A stretch of DNA of 64,000 bases from Amoebophrya sp. A120. Its lineage: Eukaryota; Protista; Dinoflagellata. Positions 53,639 to 64,000 of the stretch are shown here, one piece after another (positions within the stretch are counted from its first letter, which is position 1; the number at the start of each line of letters is the position of its first letter). The stretch covers positions 8,702,882 through 8,766,881 of the forward strand of contig CAJINV010000004.1 in NCBI GenBank assembly GCA_905178155.1, read 5' to 3'. A program made the position numbers and the translations under genes. Below the pieces are notes generated by a model that saw nothing but the letters and a program-made list of their open reading frames with translations, was not told the DNA's origin and did not search any database.

Positions 53639-54646
53639 CGTTACTTTGTGAAGTAGTGTGTCGTCGTGAGATGCTGAGAGGAGAAGAGGGCAAGCGAGGA
53701 ATTTGGTGCGTGAGCTTTTTGAAATTTGGAGCGCTTGGCACGAGAGTGTTTGGCTTGAAAGAATCGCACGGGAAACAACTCTCAGGAACAAATCAACTTT
53801 TGAGCCAAAGCCTGTAGCTGCACTGCTTGTTTTTTTGGGGAACGTGAAAAAATCTACCTGCGCAGGGCCTCCTTGTGCGTTTCTGCATGAAAATCTGCTT
53901 ACTAGTACCGCTGTGGTGTTCCGACTTCGATATCTGCATTTTGAGTACACACCTTTACTATTCTAAGATCGGTCGACCATGCCTTCTAGTCCCGCGCGCG
54001 TCGCGTCCGTCAGCGATCATTTCTGCTACGAAAATATCTGTCATTCTAGTTACGGCCCTTCTCTTTACGAAATTTGCACCGATCTCGACGACCGCACTGA
54101 TTTTCTCTGGGATCGCACTTACAAGATAGGAACAGAACAACAGGACCTGTTAGCCCGCGTTACCCGCCTTGAGAAAGAAGTATCAGACTTGAAGCACGCC
54201 ACGCCCGTAATCTCGGTTGCAAAAGTTTTACAGCGTCTGTCTTCCCGCGTTCTGCCACGCAAATGAATCAGATTCTAAGTACAAACACGACGAGAATCTA
54301 GCACAAGCCTAGGGGTTCTACTTTTTTTTCTACTTAGCAAATCCGCCTGTCACGATGAGGAGCGCGCGAGAGAAGCGAGTAGCTGTTCCTGCCGCAGCGC
54401 CATTCTTCTTCATCTTGATTTGTTACACTTTGGCGCCTGCTTTTGTGTCCATTGTTTCCGGAATCTGCTTCCGTGCAAAGACGAAAAATCAAAGCACACA
54501 CACGGGGATCCTACTAGAGCTGAACCTAGAACCAGAAGCGTCGGGTCGTCGTGTCTTCCTATTCTCGAGCTCGCGACGCCCTATCTTAGATCCGTACTCT
54601 GTTAGAGGCGACGACGAAGGGGCTACAGGCATATTTTACTTTAACG
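53639..54646 (+). repeat. 3' LTR (cgttac...ttaacg)
   Basis: Matches the 5' LTR; terminal inverted repeat cgtta/taacg. Confidence 0.95.
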
Positions 54647-57236
54647 GTCAAACATGTAGCCAAAATTCAATGCGCAACGCATGAAATTCGCATATGCATC
54701 ACCGTTATGCATTTTTTTTGATTTATTCTCTACACAGACTCTTCCCATACTGTTTTTTCTGGTATTTTTTAAGATTGTCAAAATTTTGAAAAATTTCAGA
54801 TTGATGAAAAATGCTGAAACGTCACACAAAAAGTGTAGAGTTGCCATGCTTTTGCATACTGAATTTAATTCTTGTTCATTTCCCATTGATCCAATTTGTT
54901 TTGCATTTTTATTTTTTGACTATTTTAGACCTTCCAAAAAATTGAAAATTTTGCAGAGTGATTTTACTTGAGAAATAATGAATAAAAAAGACCAGAAAAA
55001 AGACACTATTATGCAAAAATTCCTTTTGTTTTAATGTACGTGACTAAAGTAATGCTATTATAGTGTGTTATTGAGCAACTTCAAGAATTTTACAAAATTT
55101 CAAAATTTTCGAAAATTGAGAGCACTTGGAGGCGTTTGCGTTAGTCATTATATACCCAGACATCGGCTCTGCAGCCATCCTCTTACTTATACAAAGACAA
55201 CAGTGCTGGAATTTCCATCTGTTTGCAAAATTATGAAAAAAAAAGTAGAAAAATGCTCCACCCTGTGGCCAGCCCCCTCCCCCCTCCACCCCACCCCACC
55301 CATAATCGGACCCACAATGGAATAAGGATCCTGTCCCCCATCAACCATAGTCAGCGAGGCCCCCAACTGCATTGCCTGACACGCAGAAAGAGCTACACCC
55401 CGCCCCGCGCGTGCATTGCTCCCACCGGCGCTACCCGACGCCGCCCCCTGCTCCGGCTGCCCGCCGCGGCGGGGTTCGACGCGTCGCAGCGCTCCGCGCG
55501 CGCCCTTGCCAACGCTCCACGCACTTCCCGACGCTCTGCCGCGGCGGTGTTCGACGCCCCGCCGCGGCGCCGCTCGGATTCCCGGTCATACGCGTGGCGA
55601 CGCTGCTGGCAGGCGCGGGCCGACGCTTCCTGCAGGCGCGGACTGAGTCCGCGCCGCGGCGTCTTTCGACGCTCCGTCCCTGCGCACCCCGGCGCTTCTG
55701 GCTGGCACGCGCAGACGCTCCGGCGCAACGGCGTTCGGCGCTCCGCCGCGGTGCTGTTTGGCGCGCCTCGCAGCGCCGCCGCGAGTTCCGCGCTGGCGCC
55801 GCTGCACGCTCCGCCGCAGCGCTGCTTGGCACTCCGTTGCGGCGCCACTTGGCGCTCGTCGTCCTAGCGGGCGCGGCTCCACCGCCCTTTCCAGTCCGGA
55901 ATGGCTCGTCGTCTCCTTTGATTGGGCTGGGGCCTATCGAGGCGCGCCGGTTTGCGTGCGGAGGTCCAACGCCATTCGTTTTATATTTCGGTCGGTTGAG
56001 GAGGGGAAGGACTTCTGCCCCCCCCGTGAGCCTGAGCGCAGCAAGACGTGGAGCTTTGGTGGACTTCGTTCGCGTTGCGGTTTGGTAGCCCATCTTTCTT
56101 TCGTCAGCATCGGTGCTATATGCAGATCATGCTTGAATAAGGTGGTCGCAATGCGAGAAGACTCATGCGGACTAATTGCTGTTGCGACATGTATCTACAT
56201 AGCATGCTGCCTTCTACTAGTAGCTCATTCGCCAGCACGTCTCAATCATTTTGTTTGGGCTGCCAGTGTTGCACGGGGTAAGCCAGTACATTCAGAATAT
56301 TGGGGCAGACAAAGTAGAGCCCAAATAGTTACGGCACCTTCATCAACACTCTGCACCGGCGCGATTTTCATCACGGCGTGGTTCTCTAGCAATAACTGGT
56401 CGCAACGACTTTGTGCGTGCGGATTCTTCTTGTGCAGCAGCTTCGCCGGCAATACGGCATGCTGTTTGCGCCACCAGTGCGGAAAATGTTGGGGGCACAT
56501 TATGCGTCGAGCGAACTTCCACCAGTCGAGGTTTACAATGTATTACGAGCAGGGTACTAGTTCTGCCACAGCAAGAACGACACACCTCTAGGCTGAGAAA
56601 TCAAACAGCGAAAAGAATCTCGGGGCCGGAAGCCGAATGAAAGTGCCGAGGGTGTTCATCTCATGAGCGTATTTTGCGACGTTTTTCTTTTTACCTGAAC
56701 CGCGGCGACAGAAGTGAGGAAGAATCATTCCAACCATGAACAAGAGAGGTCAGCGCCTTTTTAGTCCGCATAAGTACCACGAGGAGCATTTTCATACAGT
56801 ACATTGGAGCGGGCCCGACTCTCAGAACTGTGCGAATATTAAAACGTCTCCGAAATGGGTTTTCTTGGCGGGGGAAATATTAATCATAGCCTGCAATTAG
56901 AAAGAACAGTTGAGACATTTGTGAATCGGTTTAATACAGACTGCTGCTCCCTTACAAGAAAAGATGTGACCACGACCCTCGTGACAACATCAGGGGCTGT
57001 TTCTTTTTGCACCTCGTCCGCACGAGGGCCGGCCACCCTGGGTGGAGATCGTGCGCCCACGACTGCGAGGCTGAAGTTCTGCCGCGAGGAGCCGGGCGAA
57101 AACCGACGTCCAGAAGACATCGCCGCACAGCCCCGCACGAAGGGCAAATGTAGGACTACAGCAGTATTCTAGGCGGTTGAGGCAGACCCAGACAACGTAG
57201 TGCTCGTCCTGCTGTGCTACTACTGACTACAAAAAA

Positions 57237-60200
57237 ATGGGCGGGTCGCTGGCTTCCTACGCCTGCCCCAAGCGGTCCGACCGGGGGCCGACCACGGGGT
57301 ATATCGATGGCTGCTTTGACATCATGCACAGCGGCCACTACAACGCGATTCGGCAAGCGAAGCAGCTCTGCGACAGGTTGGTCGTCGGGGTGCACTCCGA
57401 TCCCGAGATCGCGAAGAATAAGGGGCCGCCGGTAATGAATCAGCAGGAACGGGTATGATCCACGGTGTGAAAATATGCTCATAGCACCGCCTTCGTGCAG
57501 TAAGAAGTATCGAGTACTACTTGTTCGGTTCTTGCCAAAGGATAAGATTTTCGATTTTGTATCGCACATTTTTTTCTACCGCTGAAAAAAGAATACATGT
57601 TAAAAATTATCCAACCTTCGCTATCAAGACTCGGCGGTGCGTTGGAGGCTTTCTTCGCATAGGATAAGTCTACGGCCTTCTGGAGCATATCAAGTGGATA
57701 GACAAAATTGTTTACGACGTGCCGTATTCTCCTGGCATCGAGCTCCTGGACCGCGCGGGGGCGGACTTCTGCGTTCACGGTAAAATTTGTTTCTGTGAAG
57801 ATGTTCGTTTTCTTTAAGAAAACGAACACGAGAAGAAGAAGTTGCACTAATAGTGCAACTTCTTGTGAAGGTGCAGAAACTTGCAACTTGGATTTCGGAC
57901 GAGGTTGTCAAGCATGAAACTGTTTCAAGAATAACGAAAACGCAGGGGACGATATGCCTGTCAATTCGGAAGGGGTCGGTGCGTACGATGCGATCCGCGA
58001 CGCCGGGATATCCAGAGCTACTCGACAACTTCCTCCCTTTATTTGCCATGCCGGAGCAGCTGTAAAACCGTAGCTGGTGATGCGAGAACTCTTGCATGGA
58101 AAATTCATGTTCTGAAATGTGCAACAACCAAGGGCCGCATCAAGCTGTCTTCAGCACGATAAATGCGGAAGTGAGGGTAGTTTTGTTCAACGTGATACCA
58201 GAGACTGAAAATAGTGAAGCGAACCGAGGGCGTGTCCACCACGGATTTCATTGGGAGGCTGCTTTCGCTTTCCAAGTAAGAAATTTATTTTGAAAGCAGT
58301 TTGTCTTTGTCATGCTGAACAGATGTAGCACATGTTCTACTTTTACCGCGGCCCATGATGCGTGGGTAATATGTTTCCAAGCTAGGATGTTAGGTGGAGA
58401 TGAATTTTTGTTGCTCGTCAAGTTATTGTCATCGGTATTTGCAATACCAATTTTTTTCTCACCAGGTCGCACCACGAGCGCAGTAGCCCGATCGCACCGC
58501 AGACCCCGCCAGAGAGGAGAACGCTGTCGCAGCAGGGCGTGATATCCTGATGGGAAATCCTCGCACAAGTTGTGATGCGCCAGAACATGAACGTGTAATG
58601 CGGCAGAACGAACATGCGAGACATTATTACACTTCCCCTTTAGCCTGCAACTACTGTACGCTTTTTCAAAGTCCCTTCCGACGCATTACAACGAGATGGT
58701 GAAGATTTTGCCCTTGCATACTTGAAGCTGCTTGCCTCGACAAGAAGAATATCGGAGTTTTCCCGGCCTCACAAAAGCCCCTCGCCGACGGACACTGTGG
58801 TAAGTAAGTATGTTAAAGGTTTTATTTGTCATTCGGTAAGACCATGCCTCTAGAAGTACTTTGTCATGTCAAATCATACACGGTAGAAACACAAGAATAC
58901 TCCGAGGTCTACTGTGACGGCGCGTTCGACATGTTCCACCTCGGCCATGCCACGACGCTGAAAAAGGCGAAGGAACTCGGCAGCTTCCTGATAGTCGGGG
59001 TTTACGACGACGACACAGTGAATGAGATCAAGGGCGCAAACTACCCCATCGCGACTTTGCAGGAGCGGGTGCTCTGCGTGTGCAGCTGCAAGTGGGTCGA
59101 CGAGGTACTTGTACTTCTAGAGAATTTTGCTTCAGCAGGAGCAGCTTCGCTACTTTGCGTTTGCGAGGACGTGTAAGGTGCAATAAAGATAAACCCCTTG
59201 TAGTTCTTCATCTTTTGAAAGAACCTGTTATCCACGATGAAACATCTTCAACACCAACGCGCAAAAAAACATTACAAAAAGGTTATTATCGGCGCTCCCC
59301 TCGCCGTATGAACTGCAGAAGTATCGTACTCGTATAAATGCATTACAAATTTTCTCAGCATGAGAAAATCTGTAATGCGGATTTACCTTGAGAAAAAGAT
59401 TTGTAATGCATGAGTGCAATACGAGTGCGATTCTACACAGGATACGCCGTGACCAGTGACATGATCCACACGCTGAACATCAATCTGGTGGTCAACGGAA
59501 GCCACATATCAGATGCAAAAATGTCTGGGTCTGGAAGAGTGCAACGTGTGATGCTGCATTTGGATGCTGGAAAAAATCTGTATTGCATGAGCAGCAAGAG
59601 GAGTCAACTATGGCTACGCGGACAGGGCATTTGTCATGCGGGATGCGCATCAAGAAGCGCTCAAAAACTCTGTGATGCTAGGGGATGCACCACAGACATC
59701 ATGGATCATGGAAATGGTGCATGACAACCCAGACATATTTGCATTTGATACCACACGAGCACGCACTACTTCCGCGAGGCCGGGTTCGGTACCGACGTTC
59801 TGTCACTCGAAAACACGGACATGGACCCCTACCGGGTACCGAAGCGGCTGGGGCTCATGCGCATATCAAATGCAAATATGTCTGGGTCTGGAAACTTGTA
59901 AAAATGCTGCGTTGGCAATAGTGAGCGCTCGGTAATGCACAGCCAAGCATGAGAAATTTCTTTGCGTTGCGTTTTTCGCATGAATTTGCATGACAGGCAA
60001 AAGGGTCTCTTCTTGGACACGCATCACAAACTTTTTGGTCATGCCAGACAAGCATGACAGGTCTCGCAATCTTCCAGACCCAGACATTTTTGCATTTGAT
60101 AGCGCACCGTGAAGAGCGACTACCCGGAGCTGAACACCAGCGTGATTGCCAAACGCGTAGCGGAGAACCGGCTGGCCTACATCAACCGCAATAACGATCG

Positions 60201-60524
60201 GGAAAAGCGGGAAATCGACTACTATAAGGACAAGCAAAAGTCTATGAACTGCAAATATGTCTGGGTCTGGAAACTTGTGATGCTACTTTCTGAAGGCTCG
60301 GCGCACTGCGTTACGCAGCCACGCATGACAAGTTTCTGAGCTCCTATGTGTTTCGCTTCTCGGGTGACAAACTGCGTTTTTGCATGACAGGGAAGGAGCT
60401 GCTTTGCCGCTCATGCATGACAGATTCAAGAGTCATGTGAGACAAGCATGACAAACTTGCATTCTTCCAGACCCAGACATATTTGCACTTGATAAAGTCC
60501 AAGGAGTTTCGGGCGGAGAATTGA
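57237..60524 (+). CDS. PCYT2: Ethanolamine-phosphate cytidylyltransferase (two CTP-transferase domains), 12 exons
   Basis: DGCFDIMHSGH...VGVHSD...KGPPVM, DFCVHGDD, KRTEGVSTTD, DGAFDMFHLGH...KWVDEVIIGAP, DPY; GT-AG introns 57780-57945, 58276-58465, 58800-58906, 59105-59281; seven non-canonical introns. Confidence 0.9.
58543..58720 (+). mobile_element. Degenerate introner intron
   Basis: tatc...cata flanked by cgtga/cttga; removal gives GVKLLASTRRISEF. Confidence 0.7.
59307..59444 (+). mobile_element. Introner family IV
   Basis: Similar to the reverse complement of 27442-27588; direct repeat cgccg. Confidence 0.85.
59507..59750 (+). mobile_element. Introner family I
   Basis: Family I IRs; direct repeat ccaca; interior similar to 27781-28042. 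Confidence 0.9.
59864..60101 (+). mobile_element. Introner family I
   Basis: Family I IRs; direct repeat gcgca. Confidence 0.9.
60243..60494 (+). mobile_element. Introner family I
   Basis: Family I IRs; direct repeat aagtc; interior similar to 27061-27315. Confidence 0.9.
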
Positions 60525-61162
60525 GATTCGAGGATGCCAAGGTTCAAACTGATGGATCATCTGTGATTTCTTTGATATGGGTCGTCGTAACTGTAGTTTT
60601 TGATACTACGCAGATATTAAAGAGCTGCTGCAGAGCAGTTTGCTGCAAGTGAGGAAAGATTATAAGTACACATTAGCTTGATAGTACGCGCGTGTCGAAG
60701 GCCAAAGCGTCCGACCATGCGCTGCAGGATACAAACGTGAAAATAAGTAGCGGGATAGAAGGCGAGTAGAGTAAAAAAATTATCGTAGTAGACGTCCTAG
60801 TATGTCGCACAGAGGAAAAACTACTACAGAGGACCATGGTTGCCTGCTATTGCGCCGCAGATCGGAGTAGAAAAACATGTTTAAAAGTAGTTCGCGCACT
60901 CATCCGCACAAGATGAAAGTGCTCGTACGTGTCCGTAAGTGGTGGAGAGAGGGCGCAGCAGCTGAGAAAGGTGAAGTAAGTACGTTTGTTGCAGGAGCAG
61001 TTGCAGTTATAGGAAAACTTGAATTGATTTCGTATTCGTATTGGAACCCGTTCACGTCAGCATAAAGCCACGACGTGGTCCGCAAAACGCACTCCTCTAA
61101 CATGGTCGCTTGAGACCGGTTTTTGTCGCGCGGCCGCAAGGTTCCGCGCGTAAAAGGGCGGG

Positions 61163-64000
61163 ATGGCGAGGCTGCGGCGGGGGTGGTGGGCACGACGATT
61201 CGGCGTAGGAGCTGCAGTAGGGGCCACAGCTTTGGTCCTTGTGGGAGATCCTGCAAACCAACTTGTCTCCGCCGCTGCTCCCTCCGTTCTTCTGCCGCCA
61301 GAGTTCCGCGCGTGGCACAACAACCGGGGAACGACGGGCGAAGAGAGTGCAGGAACGCAGGCAACACGGCCTGATGAACATCAGCGTGGAGTTGATAATG
61401 AAGACCCAAGCAGGGCTAGAAGGAAGGAACGCAAACGAAGCAGCGCGAAAATTCCTTCTAATCCAGGTCGGTCATCAGCAACTGAAGTAGACCATGAGGA
61501 ACAGAAAAATCTCCGCTCGGGGACCACGACGCCACCGCACGGTGCAGCTCCAGAAGCAGGTGGGAAAATAAATAAAGCCGCACCAGCACGTGAAGAACAA
61601 GGGAGCAATCATCTCTCGTCGGCGAAGAGGGATAAACAACTCGTTCGCACGAGAAACAAGCCCCCTCAACGGCCGAATAGGACGGTCAGCACGACCCGTC
61701 CTGCTGCGACCTCCGTGCAACCGAAATCTTCAAAAATCGCAGATGCGCATAAAAAATCGCCGCAGAACATCAACGGGTCGAAATCAAGAAGGATTTCCGC
61801 TGCCAAAAACCTCCCCCTCGCCCGCGCCTTGCTGAAGAGCGGTAGAAGTGACGAGAACCAGGGAGATGCTGGTGTTGTCAGGCATGAGGAGAGTTCTCTC
61901 GTCCGCGCGATGCCAGCGGCACGGGCGGACCGGAAGCAGAAGAATCGGTTGGAGCCGAAATCGCTCATGCAGACGGGAACCGGCAGCGACGTCGAGTGGA
62001 CGGTTATGGAACCGAAAATTAATTATGGGTTTTGTTGTAGTGGTGCTACGCGCCGTAAGTGCTTCGGGGCGAAAGATCCCCGCGCGCTAAGTACTTCGCT
62101 CCTTAAGTGCCTCGCCCCTTAGGTGCTTCGCACTTAAAGTGCTTCGCCCATTAAGTGCCTCGCTCCTTAAGTGTTTCGCGCCTTAAGTGCTTCGCTCCTT
62201 AAGTGCTTCAGTGTTTCGCGCCTTAAGTGCTTCGCGCCTTAAGTGCTTCGCGCCTTAAGTGCTTCGCTCCTTAAGTGCTTCGCCCCTTAAGTGCTTCGCC
62301 CCTTAAGTGCTTCGCCCCTTAAGTGCTTCGCCCCTTAAGTGCTTCGGCGATGAAGACCCTCCCCCCTAAAGTAATTCGCTCCTGCTTAAGTCTTTCGCTT
62401 AGGTGCTTACGTAGTGCTTCCTGCAAGTAGCGTTTCGCGTAGGTGGTTCCTCCCTCAAGTGGTGCGCCGCTTCTGTACTGCTTCGCTCAAGTAGTGCCCT
62501 GTTTGAGTACTTGCTCGCCCAGCTGGTGCTCCGCTTGCGTACTGCTTCACTTGAGGGCTTCGCTTACGTGCTTCGCCTGGGTGCTTCGCTTAAGTGCTTC
62601 GCCTGAGTAAGTGCTTCGCTTAAGTGCTTTGCTCAATCGCGCCCCTGAGAAGCGTCGCCCGACAAGTGGTTCGTCGCTTAAGTAGTGCGTCGCTTAAATA
62701 GTGCGTCGCTTAAATAGTGCGTCGCTTAGCTGGTGCGTCGATCAAGTAGTGCCCCGCTTAATTAGCGCGTCGCTTAAGTAGTGCCCCTCTTAATTAGCGC
62801 GTCGCTTAAGTAGTGCGTCGCTTAAGTAGTGCCCCGCTTAAGTAGTGCGTCGCTTAAGTAGTGCGTCGCTTAAGTAGTGCGTCGCTTAAGTAATGCGTCG
62901 CTTAAGTAGTGCGAGTGCCACCTCGCCTCAGTAGTACTGCCTCGCCTAGCTGCGCGTCGCAGATGTGGCGCCCCGCGTAAATGGTTCGCTTCAGTGCCTT
63001 TCTCAAGTGCTCTGTCTATGGCGTTCGAAATTCGGTGCTTCGCTTTTTTGCCGAAGACGACAACAACCTTAATTTTCCCTTCCACAACCGTCACCAACCT
63101 CGCGTCTCGTGGTCGCATCCAGCGGTTGAATAGCGACATCTCGCAGGAGAGGCAATCCGCAGAAGAAAGCGACCGGGAGTGCCGCGCGGAGCAGCAGAGC
63201 ATGCAGTCGGAGGTCATGGAAATGCAGAACAGCCTTGGCGAGATATCATTTCTAAAAACGTCCCCACTACATAGTTGTCATGCAAATCTGCATGCTCAAA
63301 ATGTTTCTCATGCGGAGCCCCATGACAAGCATTTTCTAGGCGCGTTTTGGAATTTGTAGTGCTCCAATCAGCATAATAGGCTAGATCTGTGATGCTGCTG
63401 AACAGGCTAAACAGGATTACACTACGAGGCCAAGCTTGTCATGCGCAACACCCAAAGCTGACAGATTTGTCTAGCAGATTTTCCATCTTGGCTATGGGGT
63501 AGGTACGTTTTTGCTCAGGATGCGAGATCATGATCCAGTTGGCCGACGAAGAGGCGAAGCAGGGAAAAGCCCAGGGCAACAAGATAAGTAAGTGGCTTAC
63601 CACAGTGAGGTTAAGGTGCGGGAGGACTGGCTACTTTGTGATCATGCACTTACTTTTACACTTCTACTTCCACCCTGAAGAACCTATTGGCTTTGAAGAG
63701 TTCTTTGTGTGATGTTGCTCGCTCTTGCACAGATAGATTCAAGCGTATAATATCTGTCCCCACCTAAATCCTTTTTCTTTCCACACGATACGATGACGCG
63801 CACCAGAACAACGCGGACCCGTCGAGTACGAGTGAAGCGTCCGAGAAATGCAACATCGCCGGCGTGCGGGAAAAGCTGCGGCTCGCGGAGAGGCAGTTGG
63901 ACGAGAATCGGAAAGAGGAGAAGCGGCTCGAGGCGGTTTGCAGTGCGGAAAAGCAACACGCCGACGATCAGACGGCGCTGCTGGAGAAGAGTTCCGGGTC
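61163..64000 (+). CDS. Hypothetical protein (N-terminal hydrophobic segment, low-complexity linker, coiled coils); 3'-partial, multi-exon
   Basis: Exon to ~62004 joins in frame to 63092-63243 (WTV-TNLASRGRIQRL) and 63528-~63587 (GEIMIQLADEE); further coiled-coil exon from ~63790. Confidence 0.6.
62005..63086 (+). mobile_element. Introner-type intron expanded by internal satellite
   Basis: tatggaaccgaaaattaa / ttaattttcccttccaca; repeats acggt/accgt. Confidence 0.7.
62085..62915. repeat. 16-bp minisatellites (cttaagtgcttcgcnc then cgcttaagtagtgcgt)
   Basis: Visible tandem units at 62085-62346 and 62675-62912 with a degenerate transition. Confidence 0.92.
63244..63522 (+). mobile_element. Degenerate introner intron
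   Basis: tatcatttctaaaaacgt...acgtttttgctcaggatg; direct repeat cgaga; removal restores frame. Confidence 0.75.

Larger units (their letters stand above)
33647..54646 (+). mobile_element. 21.0-kb LTR retroelement with accessory enzymes and split/permuted reverse transcriptase
   Basis: 1008-bp LTRs, TSD gtcaa (33642-33646, 54647-54651), PBS-like site, Gag-like and Pol-like ORFs all on +. Confidence 0.9.

Noticed and set aside
55223-56591. Overlapping ORFs of 200-280 aa
   Set aside because: GC-rich low-complexity sequence open in several frames with no recognisable protein
59436-59444. Canonical GT-AG splicing of the family IV insert using cag at 59438-59440
   Set aside because: Would shift the frame into an immediate stop; only the direct-repeat junction keeps the protein
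62085-62915. CRISPR-like array
   Set aside because: Contiguous 16-bp units without unique spacers, in a eukaryotic intron

Overview
Eukaryotic protist DNA. The pervasive non-canonical, inverted-repeat introns point to an Amoebophrya-like syndinian dinoflagellate (inference). In order: (1) 48-5084, a Penelope-like retroelement with an N-terminal GIY-YIG endonuclease and 431-bp direct repeats, inserted in a TA tract; (2) 5462-7555, a non-coding GC-rich inverted-repeat element; (3) 8561-25929, three near-identical 5762-bp tandem units each carrying a group II PLP-dependent decarboxylase (serine/histidine decarboxylase-like), followed by a diverged fourth paralog (26037-29167) with a completely different set of introns; (4) a zinc-knuckle + TrmY-like SPOUT methyltransferase gene; (5) 33647-54646, a 21.0-kb LTR retroelement with 1008-bp CG...CG LTRs and a GTCAA target-site duplication (TSD). 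It encodes a CCCH-finger Gag-like ORF and a giant Pol with DUF4326-like, Upf1-like helicase, phosphatase-like and ExoIII/APE domains. Its reverse transcriptase appears split and permuted: the C-half and RNase H come first and the N-half lies ~6.5 kb downstream, after protease- and integrase-like regions; (6) ethanolamine-phosphate cytidylyltransferase with 11 introns; (7) the 5' part of a coiled-coil protein gene with a satellite-filled intron. Most non-canonical introns follow one rule: a TAT...ATA hairpin element flanked by 5-bp direct repeats. All domain calls are by-eye motif recognition, not database searches.
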